Shown here: one piece after another, positions 35,162 through 43,480 of the stretch
Position numbering within the stretch: the first letter of the stretch is position 1
Layout: each line of letters opens with the position of its first letter
Assembly (NCBI GenBank): GCA_034430775.1
Contig: DAOUDU010000178.1
Coordinates: forward strand, 499 to 64,498
From: Anaerolineales bacterium
GTDB taxonomy: Bacteria > Chloroflexota > Anaerolineae > Anaerolineales > RBG-16-64-43
Direction of reading: 5' to 3'
Length of the DNA stretch: 64,000 bases
Notes under the pieces: model-generated
The model's database searches: none
Told to the model about the DNA's origin: nothing
Seen by the model: the letters and a program-made list of their open reading frames with translations, nothing else
Program-made: the position numbers and the translations under genes

Positions 35162-35779
35162 ATGGTCCGTGACCAGGTAGAGCGGCGCGGTGTACGCGAT
35201 GCCCGGGTTCTGGAAGCAATGCGCGCCGTGCCGCGGCACCTTTTTCTTCACGGACCGGATCAATCCTCCAGCTATGACGACATGCCCCTGCCCATCGGCT
35301 GTCATCAAACCATCTCCCAGCCGTATATCGTAGGGTTCATGACCGAAGCTCTGAAACTCAGGGAAACGGAAACGGTTCTTGAGATCGGGACGGGCTCCGG
35401 TTATCAAACAGCCATTTTGGCCAGTCTGGCCCAATCGGTGCTCTCGATCGAGCGGATTACCGATCTGGCGAATCAGGCCCGGGAAAACCTGCGTGCGCTC
35501 GGCATCGATAATGCCGAAGTACGGATCGGCGATGGGACCGTCGGCTGCCCGGAGCGGGCGCCGTTCAACGCCATTCTGATCGGCGCCGGCACTCCCGCAA
35601 TCCCGCAGCCGCTGCTCGAGCAACTCGCCGACGGGGGACGCCTGATCGCTCCCGTCGGCGGACGCTCCTTGCAGGAATTGGAGCTTTGGACACGCACCGC
35701 GACCGGTTTCGATCGGCGCCGCCTGATGGCGGTCGTGTTTGTTCCGCTGATCGGTGAACACGGTTGGAACGCGCCGTAG
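35162..35779 (+). CDS. pcm: Protein-L-isoaspartate O-methyltransferase.
   Basis: Supporting segments are MVRDQVERRGVRDARVLEAMRAVPRHLF, HQTISQPYIVGFM, VLEIGTGSGYQTAILA and GGRLIAPVG. An alternative in-frame GTG start is at 35108. The track start at 35033 is probably too long. Confidence 0.85.
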   Translation: MVRDQVERRGVRDARVLEAMRAVPRHLFLHGPDQSSSYDDMPLPIGCHQTISQPYIVGFMTEALKLRETETVLEIGTGSGYQTAILASLAQSVLSIERITDLANQARENLRALGIDNAEVRIGDGTVGCPERAPFNAILIGAGTPAIPQPLLEQLADGGRLIAPVGGRSLQELELWTRTATGFDRRRLMAVVFVPLIGEHGWNAP

Positions 35780-35800
35780 GTTTCCAGGACAGGGCCTCCC

Positions 35801-36781
35801 ATGTCTTCTTCCGCCATCTCCGTCCGCGATCTGCGAAAAATCTACGTCGTCACCGAGCGCGAATCCGGCATCGCGGCATCCCTGCGCAGCCTTTGGCACC
35901 GTGAAACGGAAAAGGTCTCGGCCGTCGACGGTATTTCCTTCGATATGGTTCCAGGGGAAATGGTCGGTTTTCTCGGGCCGAACGGTGCGGGGAAGACCAC
36001 CACGCTCAAGATGCTTTCCGGACTTCTGCATCCCACCGCGGGGATGGTCGCCGTGCTTGGCCGCATTCCCCACAAGCGCGAAAAGGGATTTCTGCGCCGG
36101 ATCACGTTCGTCATGGGCCAGCGCAATCAGCTGGTATGGGATATTCCCGCGATGGATTCCTACGAGCTGAATCGGGCAGTTTACGGCATTCCCGCAGGTG
36201 ATTTCCGCCAAACGCTTGGCGAGCTCACCGAGCTGCTGGAACTGGGGCCGTTGCTGCGCAAGCCGGTGCGGAATCTCTCGCTCGGGGAACGGATGAAGTG
36301 CGAGATCGCAGGTGCGCTGCTCCACCGGCCGCAGGTGGTATTCCTCGACGAGCCGACCATCGGGCTGGATGTGACCATGCAACGACGTATCCGCATCTTC
36401 CTCGCCGAGTACAACCGGCGCTATGGGGCGACCATCCTTCTTACCAGCCATTACATGGCCGATGTCGAGGCGCTCTGCCGGCGCGTGATTGTTATCCATC
36501 ACGGCAAGCTGTTGTTTGACGGCAACCTGGCGGATTTGGTGCGGCGCTTTACGGCCCATAAAACGATCGTCGTCCGGCTGGAGGATTACGGGGCGGATTT
36601 GAAGCGTTATGGAGAAGTCGTCTCCTGCGAAGAGGGTTCGTTTACCCTGCGGGTTCCCAAGGCGGAAACGGCCCGTATTACGGGGCGGATCCTCGCCGAG
36701 ATGCCGGTGATCGATCTTCTGGTGGAGGATCCTCCGATCGAGGAAGTGATCGAACGGGTATTCGCCCAAGGTGCCCCGTGA
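35801..36781 (+). CDS. ABC transporter ATP-binding protein (ABC-2 type system).
   Basis: Walker A GPNGAGKTTT, signature LSLGERMK and Walker B VVFLDEPTIGLD. Confidence 0.9.
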   Translation: MSSSAISVRDLRKIYVVTERESGIAASLRSLWHRETEKVSAVDGISFDMVPGEMVGFLGPNGAGKTTTLKMLSGLLHPTAGMVAVLGRIPHKREKGFLRRITFVMGQRNQLVWDIPAMDSYELNRAVYGIPAGDFRQTLGELTELLELGPLLRKPVRNLSLGERMKCEIAGALLHRPQVVFLDEPTIGLDVTMQRRIRIFLAEYNRRYGATILLTSHYMADVEALCRRVIVIHHGKLLFDGNLADLVRRFTAHKTIVVRLEDYGADLKRYGEVVSCEEGSFTLRVPKAETARITGRILAEMPVIDLLVEDPPIEEVIERVFAQGAP

Positions 36782-37581
36782 ACGGCATTCGGGAATTGTA
36801 TGCACAGCAATTCAAGACCACCTTTGCCTCAATGCTGCAATACCGCGCGTCACTAGTAATCTGGATGATCGGCCATGTACTCGAGCCGCTCGTCTATCTC
36901 GTCGTTTGGTCGACGGTGTCCAATTCCGGGGGAGGCAGCGTTGGAAGCTTCACCATCGGCGACTTTGCGGCATACTTCCTTCTTATGATGCTGGTAAATA
37001 ACGTCACGTACACCTGGATCATGTATGAATACGAGTACCGTGTGCGGGAAGGGAACCTTTCGTTCGCTCTGCTCCGGCCGGTGCATCCGATCCATTCCGA
37101 CATCGCCGACAATATTTCCTCCAAATTGATCACCCTGCCCCTCATGCTGATCATCGCGGTGATCCTGGGATGGTTCTTCCACCCCACCCTGACGGTAACC
37201 CCTTGGGCGATTGCGGTTTTTCTCCCGGCGCTGGTCCTCGCCTTCCTGGTGCGGTTCTTCCTCGAATGGACCCTCGCGCTTTCAGCGTTCTGGACCACGC
37301 GGGTGGCGGCTATCAACCAAACCTATTTCGTCATGGTGCTGTTCCTGTCCGGCCAGATGGCTCCGCTCGCGCTGTTCCCGTCGCCCGTGCGGGTGGCGGC
37401 GGCCATCCTTCCGTTCCGCTGGATGATCAGTTTTCCCGTGGAGCTTTTACTCGGACGCCTGACACCGGCGGAAGCCCTGACCGGCATCCTGGCGCAGATT
37501 GTCTGGGTGATGATCGGTTCCGTGCTGCTGAGAATCGTATGGCGCGCGGGTGTGAGGGTTTATTCGGCGGTGGGCGCATGA
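36778..37581 (+). CDS. ABC-2 family transporter permease, subunit 1.
   Basis: 267-aa polytopic membrane protein. Its GTG start (36778-36780) overlaps the upstream TGA stop (36779-36781) in a 4-nt GTGA junction. Confidence 0.75.
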   Translation: MNGIRELYAQQFKTTFASMLQYRASLVIWMIGHVLEPLVYLVVWSTVSNSGGGSVGSFTIGDFAAYFLLMMLVNNVTYTWIMYEYEYRVREGNLSFALLRPVHPIHSDIADNISSKLITLPLMLIIAVILGWFFHPTLTVTPWAIAVFLPALVLAFLVRFFLEWTLALSAFWTTRVAAINQTYFVMVLFLSGQMAPLALFPSPVRVAAAILPFRWMISFPVELLLGRLTPAEALTGILAQIVWVMIGSVLLRIVWRAGVRVYSAVGA

Positions 37582-38363
37582 ACATCCTGCGGCTTTTCCG
37601 GGCGTATTTTCGCATAAGCCTGATGGGCGAGGCGGCCTATCGCATTAATTTCTTCATTCAGTTGTTCCAATCGCTGTTGGAATTGGCCACTTCCCTGACC
37701 GGCTTAACGGTGGTTTTTTCCTACACCGGAACGCTCGGCGGATGGCGCCCGGATGAGGTGCTGGCCCTGGTCGGCGTATATTTCCTCGTTGGCGGATTGA
37801 TTGGACTGGTGATCCAGCCGGCCATGGAGGAATTCATCGATTCAGTCCGCGAGGGCACCCTCGACTTCACGCTCACTAAACCGGAGGATGCGCAGCTGCT
37901 GATCAGCATCCGGATGATGGACGTCTGGCGCTTGATCGATATCGTAATGGGGGTGGGCGTCCTGACCGTTGCGCTTATCCGCCTCGGAGAGCATGTCGGG
38001 GCCGCGGAGGCGGCGGCGTTCGGGCTGATGCTGCTGGCCGGCGGCATCATCATCTACAGCTTCTGGCTGATGTTGGCGACACTCTCGTTCTGGTTCGTCC
38101 GCGCGGAAAATATTCTCCAGGTTTTTCAGAGCATGTACGAGGCCGGGCGCTGGCCGATCAGTTTGTATCCGGCCTGGCTGCGGTTTGCGCTCACCTTTAT
38201 CGTTCCGGTCGCCTTCGCCGTCACGGTGCCCGCCGAGGCGCTTACCGGCCGCCTGGGCGGGCTGACCATTTTGGGGGCGGTTGCACTGGCGGCCGGGCTG
38301 TTGGTGATATCCCGGGCCTTTTGGAAGATCGGGCTTAGGCAATATTCCGGCGCATCCGCTTGA
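37578..38363 (+). CDS. ABC-2 family transporter permease, subunit 2.
   Basis: The start is set at ATG 37578 (MNILRLFRAYFRISLMGEAAYRINFF), which overlaps the upstream stop as ATGA. The track ORF start at 37170 lies in the frame overlapping subunit 1. Confidence 0.75.
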   Translation: MNILRLFRAYFRISLMGEAAYRINFFIQLFQSLLELATSLTGLTVVFSYTGTLGGWRPDEVLALVGVYFLVGGLIGLVIQPAMEEFIDSVREGTLDFTLTKPEDAQLLISIRMMDVWRLIDIVMGVGVLTVALIRLGEHVGAAEAAAFGLMLLAGGIIIYSFWLMLATLSFWFVRAENILQVFQSMYEAGRWPISLYPAWLRFALTFIVPVAFAVTVPAEALTGRLGGLTILGAVALAAGLLVISRAFWKIGLRQYSGASA

Positions 38364-38474
38364 ATACGGAACGCAGGAAGAGGATGACACCACCGTATGG
38401 TTTATCACGCGGGGTGATAGAATTCGCTCAATGACCCGGCGACGATTCACCACTCTCCACGGCGGAAACATAAA

Positions 38475-39518
38475 ATGATACGCGAACGGTTGATTCTGCG
38501 GAGGTCGTCGCGATTCCTATTGGTTCTGCTCGCAGTCGGATTGTATTCCTGCAATCCATTGGCGTCGACCGGCACGCTCCCGCCGGTGCCGTCGGTTGCA
38601 CCGTCGGCGACGGACGCCCCGACGGTCACCCTGACGGCGACTTTTCCGCCAACCACATCCCCAACCCCGCGCCCGACGGCGGAACGTATCGTCATCATTT
38701 CCATCGACGGCCTGCGCCCGGACGGACTGCTGCAGGCCCGCATTCCGCGGATCAGCGAGATGATCAACGGCGGCGCCAGCACCTTCACTGCCCGGACCAT
38801 TCTCCCCAGCGGAACGCTTCCGGCCCACGCGTCGATGGTTTCCGGCCGGTGTGTTTCCAAACACGGGATCCTTTGGAACGACCTGGTCCCCTCCGAAGAA
38901 CCGCTTCAGGGCGCGACCGTTTTTTCCATTGCCAAGGAGGCGGGCTTGCGCACGGTGATGGTGGTGGGGAAGGAAAAGCTGGTGACGCTTGCCCGTCCCG
39001 GTACGGTGGATACATTCCGTTTTGAGAATAGCGGCGATGAAGATATCGTGCGAGCCGCATTGGAAGAAGCCGCCGACGGGTTCGGAATCCTCTTCGTGCA
39101 CCTGATCCTCCCGGATTTTTTTGGACACCTGGACGGTTGGATGACACCCCCATACCTGCAAGGGATCGGCCGGGATGATGCCGCCGTCGGCACCCTGATC
39201 GACGGTTTGCGCGTGCGCGGCCTTATGGAAAATACACTCGTCATCCTGACGGCCGATCACGGCGGTCACGACCAGACCCACGGAACTTTTCAAAAAGAAG
39301 ACATGACCATCCCCTGGATCATCTACGGTTCCGGTGTCCTTGCCGGCGTGCCGATTAATGTCCCAGTCTCGATCATGGATACGGCGGCGACTGCGGTTTG
39401 GGGGCTGGGGCTTGCCATACCCGCCGATTGGGACGGGCGGCCGGTGGTGGAGGCATTTGGGTTGCAGGCGGAGCTTCTACCCGTGGCCACCGCCGCAGCA
39501 GAGCGGTGCGGGATATAG
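38475..39518 (+). CDS. Secreted alkaline-phosphatase-superfamily enzyme (nucleotide pyrophosphatase/phosphodiesterase type).
   Basis: A signal/anchor segment and a Thr/Pro-rich linker come first. Supporting motifs are ISIDGLRPD, the nucleophile context PSGTLPAHASMVSG and LTADHGGHD. Confidence 0.8.
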   Translation: MIRERLILRRSSRFLLVLLAVGLYSCNPLASTGTLPPVPSVAPSATDAPTVTLTATFPPTTSPTPRPTAERIVIISIDGLRPDGLLQARIPRISEMINGGASTFTARTILPSGTLPAHASMVSGRCVSKHGILWNDLVPSEEPLQGATVFSIAKEAGLRTVMVVGKEKLVTLARPGTVDTFRFENSGDEDIVRAALEEAADGFGILFVHLILPDFFGHLDGWMTPPYLQGIGRDDAAVGTLIDGLRVRGLMENTLVILTADHGGHDQTHGTFQKEDMTIPWIIYGSGVLAGVPINVPVSIMDTAATAVWGLGLAIPADWDGRPVVEAFGLQAELLPVATAAAERCGI

Positions 39519-39612
39519 TGCGGTCGGAAAAATTTTCTTGGTTTCCACAATGTTCAGTATCGGTTCTTAGGCTGCGCAGTAACCCGCGGATGGCATGAAC
39601 GCATGGCGGGTT

Positions 39613-42147
39613 CTATTCGCCGACCACGACCACGCTATTCCGCCCCTGTTCTTTTGCCTTATACAGTGCCGCATCCACCGCCGCCAGCAGCGCATCGCGC
39701 GTTTCACCATGCAAGGGGAAGCCGGCAACGCCGACGGATACCGTCATGGGGTCCATTAATCGGCCCTGGTATTCGATTGTCAGCGACCGGATACCCTCGC
39801 AGATCTGCCGGGCTCTCTGGGTTGTGGCTTCCAAGGAAGCATCCGGAAGAATAAGAACAAATTCGTCTCCCCCATACCGGCAGGAAATATCTCCCGCCCG
39901 GATAGTAGACTGCAGCCACCGTCCCAATCCCTGCAGCAACACATCGCCCGCTTCGTGGCCGAACGTGTCGTTAATCTGTTTGAACCGGTCCACATCCATC
40001 ATGATCACACCCAGCGCCATCCCTCTGCGTTTTGTTCGGGCCAGTTCGGCATGGAGTGATTCCTCAAGGTAGCGGCGGTTGAACAAACCGGTCAGGGAGT
40101 CGCGAATCGATTGCACGCGAAGGGTTTCGCGCAAAGATAAATTGGCCAAAGCCAGCGTAATGTGGTCGGCCGCCGTGATGGCGAGTTGTTGTTTGCTGTC
40201 CGTAATCGTTTCCGCCTCCCCCGTCACCCGCCGGTTCCGCAAGTGAAGCAGGCCAATGACATCTCCTTGGGCGATCAACGGGATGCATAAATAATCCGCC
40301 GGTCCTATCATTTCCGGGCGCAGGTGGGCGCACGAGATTCCAGGATGGGTCGTGGTCGCCACATACATGTGTCCATTTTGAATCCCTAGGCAATCCTGGG
40401 GCGGGAAAGACTCCGCCGTTCCCGGATCCTCCCCCCAGCTTGAGGCAATTTCCAACCGCTCGGGATCTCCGCTAAGCACGAACAGCCTGCCCGCGTGAAT
40501 GGGAATTAATTTTTCCATCTGGCGAGAAATTACTGGATAAGCTTCCTCCCGGGTACGGCAGCCCTCGAGCAGCTTTCCCATTTCATTCAGCACGTTGATT
40601 TCCCGGTTTCGCCCCTCGAGCCATTTGACCATATTCGCCAGCTTGGTGTTGGACAATTCAAGGGTGAGTTCTATCTCTTTGCGTTTGGTGATATCCCGGG
40701 AGTTGCCTGCCAGCCCGATCAGCTTCCCCTGGCTATCGTATAAAATCACTTTAGTGGTCAATGTCCACATGGATCGGCCGGTCGAGTCCCGTGTGGATTC
40801 CTCGTGTTCGATTAACGCCTGACCTGAGCGGAGGAGCGCCTGTTCGTCGGCGTAAAATTGTTTCGCCAAGTCCGGCGGGTAGAAATCAAAATCTCCTTTG
40901 CCGTAGAGATCCTCGGGCTTGTTTACCCCCATGTGGTGCGCCAATGCAATATTACCCAAAGTGAATCGCCCCTCGGTGTCTTTGGCAAAGATAAAATCCG
41001 GCAGGTTGTCTATCAACTGATGTAAAAGTTCGCGTTCTCTGTCCAGCTCCTCCTCCACCCGCCGTCGTTCGATGATTTCCGCTCCCAGCGCCGCATTGGT
41101 TTTTTCCAATTCCTCATTGGTCTGCAGGATCGACTTTTCGATCGCTTTGCGCTCGGTAATATCGCGTGAAATTCCAAAAGTTCCGACGATCTGTCCCTCT
41201 TGATCCCGCAATGGAAATTTGGTAGAGGAGGCCCAGGTATCGTGACCATCCGGCCAGGTTTCCTTCTCTTCCATTCCCACGAACGGTTGGTCGCTGGCCA
41301 CGATTTGTTTCTCATCGGAATAGGCCTGCCGGGCATGCTCGTCGGAAAAGAAGTCGAAATCCGTCTTGCCCACCGCCTCCGACGGATCGCCCAACCCAAA
41401 CTTTCTGGCCTGTGCCCGGTTGATGAGAAGGAAACGGCTTTCTTTGTCTTTGAAATAAATGCGATCGGATGTGCTTTCCATCATGGTTTGGAACAGTTGG
41501 CGTTCGTAGGCCAGTTCCTCCTCCGCCCGCCGCCGTTCGGCAACTTCAGCCTGCAAGGCGGCGTTGGCTTTCTCCAGCGCCAGCATGGATTCGCGCATTG
41601 CCGCCGCCCGAATACGTGCTTCTTCCCCCAGTTTTAACTCGGTAATATCTCGCGAAATGCCAAAGGTGCCGAAAACCCGGCCCTTTTGGTCACGTAATGG
41701 GATTTTTGTCGTGGAGACCCAGGTAACACGACCATCCGGCCAGGTTTCCTTCTCTTCCATTCCCACGAACGGTTGGTCACTGGCCATGATTTGTTCCTCA
41801 TCGGAATAGGCCTGCCGGGCATGCTCGTCGGAAAAGAAGTCGAAATCCGTCTTGCCAACAGCCTGCGACGGCTCCTCCAACCCCAACCAGGCGGCCGTCG
41901 ACCGGTTAATAAGGATGAATCGGCTTTCCGTATCCTTAAAATAAATACGGTCGGTCGTATTATCCATCATCACACGGAGCAGATTACTCTCGAGTTTGGG
42001 AGTTATTTTATTGGACGGGAGTGGATGGCCGCTTTGCGCCGGAGAGTGTCGTGTTTTCTTTTTCGGAACAGGGCGGGGGTTGGTTAACGCGTGGGCGGGG
42101 TGTTTCGTCCGGCGGGCTTTTCCAATAAGAGGTTTTCTCTTGGGCAT
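39613..42147 (-). CDS. Multi-PAS / GAF / GGDEF diguanylate cyclase.
   Basis: Three PAS modules (DRIYFKD...GISRDITE, twice nearly identical), a GAF region, and a GGDEF domain (RYGGDEFVLIL, with RxxD upstream). The true start may be internal (MMDNTTDRIY). Confidence 0.85.
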   Translation of the reverse strand: MPKRKPLIGKARRTKHPAHALTNPRPVPKKKTRHSPAQSGHPLPSNKITPKLESNLLRVMMDNTTDRIYFKDTESRFILINRSTAAWLGLEEPSQAVGKTDFDFFSDEHARQAYSDEEQIMASDQPFVGMEEKETWPDGRVTWVSTTKIPLRDQKGRVFGTFGISRDITELKLGEEARIRAAAMRESMLALEKANAALQAEVAERRRAEEELAYERQLFQTMMESTSDRIYFKDKESRFLLINRAQARKFGLGDPSEAVGKTDFDFFSDEHARQAYSDEKQIVASDQPFVGMEEKETWPDGHDTWASSTKFPLRDQEGQIVGTFGISRDITERKAIEKSILQTNEELEKTNAALGAEIIERRRVEEELDRERELLHQLIDNLPDFIFAKDTEGRFTLGNIALAHHMGVNKPEDLYGKGDFDFYPPDLAKQFYADEQALLRSGQALIEHEESTRDSTGRSMWTLTTKVILYDSQGKLIGLAGNSRDITKRKEIELTLELSNTKLANMVKWLEGRNREINVLNEMGKLLEGCRTREEAYPVISRQMEKLIPIHAGRLFVLSGDPERLEIASSWGEDPGTAESFPPQDCLGIQNGHMYVATTTHPGISCAHLRPEMIGPADYLCIPLIAQGDVIGLLHLRNRRVTGEAETITDSKQQLAITAADHITLALANLSLRETLRVQSIRDSLTGLFNRRYLEESLHAELARTKRRGMALGVIMMDVDRFKQINDTFGHEAGDVLLQGLGRWLQSTIRAGDISCRYGGDEFVLILPDASLEATTQRARQICEGIRSLTIEYQGRLMDPMTVSVGVAGFPLHGETRDALLAAVDAALYKAKEQGRNSVVVVGE
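41245..41370. repeat. Intragenic direct repeat, copy 1 (PAS module core).
   Basis: These 126 nt differ at only 3 positions from 41731..41856. The offset is 486 nt, which equals 162 codons. Confidence 0.85.
41731..41856. repeat. Intragenic direct repeat, copy 2 (PAS module core).
   Basis: See 41245..41370. Confidence 0.85.
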
Positions 42148-42244
42148 CGGTATTCAGTCCGCAACGGCAGTATTGGCTTCGCAAATCCTGCCCTGTTAAA
42201 AAGCCTCCGTTGGTATATTTTTATAAGCGATTTCTCTCCGTCGT

Positions 42245-43387
42245 CTACTTTCCCAGATGCATCGGCATGATGACGTGAGTGAAATCTTCGCGTCCGACCG
42301 GGCGGATGACGCCCGGGCTGGCCGGGCCGGTTGTCTCGAGCGAGACATTGGGGGTATTGACCACCGTCAGCACATCGACCAGGTATTTCACGTTGAACGC
42401 GATCTCGATTGCGGCGCCTTCCACCGTGGCATCGACTACGGTTTCGCCCGCGCCGGTTTCCGCGGCCGTAGCATTCACCTGCAGCTTTCCCGGCTCAGAT
42501 CCGCCGCCCGGAGTAATGGTGATGCGCGCTGAATGGGAAGCCTGGCGCGCGAAGATGTCCGCCGCCTTGCAGGCCTTCAGGAATTGCGCGGTCGAAAGCA
42601 CCGCGTGCGTGTTGTAGGAACGGGGTATGATCGGCTGGAAATCCGGGAAAGTACCGTCAATAAGCGATGAGGAGAGCTCCGCCTCTTTGAGGCGGAAAAC
42701 CGCTTGCCCCCTGCCCGAGGGAAGGACCATCCAGACCGTTTCGTCCTGGTCGCCGACCAAGCGGGCAAGCTCGCTCAGCGCCCGGGCCGGGATGATAACG
42801 CTGACCGAATCCCTAACCGAGGCAGATAATTTGGATTCGCGCATCGAGAGCCGGAAACCGTCGGCGGCCGCCAGGGTCAACCGGTCGCCTTCCAGCCGGA
42901 CCAGGACGCCGGTCAACACCGGACGGGTATCGTCGGTGGCGGCGGCGATGGTCGTCTGGGTGATCATCTCGCGCAGGTCCGCAACATTAAGGGCGATTCC
43001 ATCCCCGAGATTGGCGCCCGGCAACAGCGGGAATTCCTGGGCGTCGACGCCTTTAATGTCGCTGGTAAAGGCTTCGCAGTGTAAATTCAGCGATTGCCGC
43101 CTGGAATCCAGCACCATGCGGATTTTTTCATTGGGGAGGGTGTTCACAAAATCTGTGATCGTCCGGGCGGGCACGGTAATGGAGCCTTCCTCTTCGACCT
43201 TGGCGCCCAGCCAGTAGGTGATCCCGATTTCCAGGTTGGTGGCCGCCAGTTTCAAGCGTCCGTCCTCCGTCGCCAGCAGCACATTGCCCAGCACAGGAAG
43301 CACGTTCCGCGGTGAAACAGCCCGGGTGACGATCCCCAATCCCTTGGAGAGATTTTCCTGCAAGCAGGTCACTTTCATGAACGTCAT
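42245..43387 (-). CDS. dnaN: DNA polymerase III beta sliding clamp.
   Basis: 380 aa. The product begins (MTF)MKVTCLQENLSKGLGIVTRAVSPRNVLPVLGNVLL and shows three-domain clamp length and pattern. The start may be at ATG 43378. Confidence 0.85.
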   Translation of the reverse strand: MTFMKVTCLQENLSKGLGIVTRAVSPRNVLPVLGNVLLATEDGRLKLAATNLEIGITYWLGAKVEEEGSITVPARTITDFVNTLPNEKIRMVLDSRRQSLNLHCEAFTSDIKGVDAQEFPLLPGANLGDGIALNVADLREMITQTTIAAATDDTRPVLTGVLVRLEGDRLTLAAADGFRLSMRESKLSASVRDSVSVIIPARALSELARLVGDQDETVWMVLPSGRGQAVFRLKEAELSSSLIDGTFPDFQPIIPRSYNTHAVLSTAQFLKACKAADIFARQASHSARITITPGGGSEPGKLQVNATAAETGAGETVVDATVEGAAIEIAFNVKYLVDVLTVVNTPNVSLETTGPASPGVIRPVGREDFTHVIMPMHLGK

Positions 43388-43480
43388 CTCCTCCGCACGG
43401 CAATGTCTTGCAACCCTACAGGCTCCCCCGGATGGTACTGAGTATACAACGACTCGCGAAAATCCGGGTTGGCCGTCCCC

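Noticed and set aside
35141-36805. 554-aa minus-strand ORF.
   Set aside because: It lies antisense to the pcm and ABC ATPase genes, both of which have canonical motifs. It is a shadow ORF.
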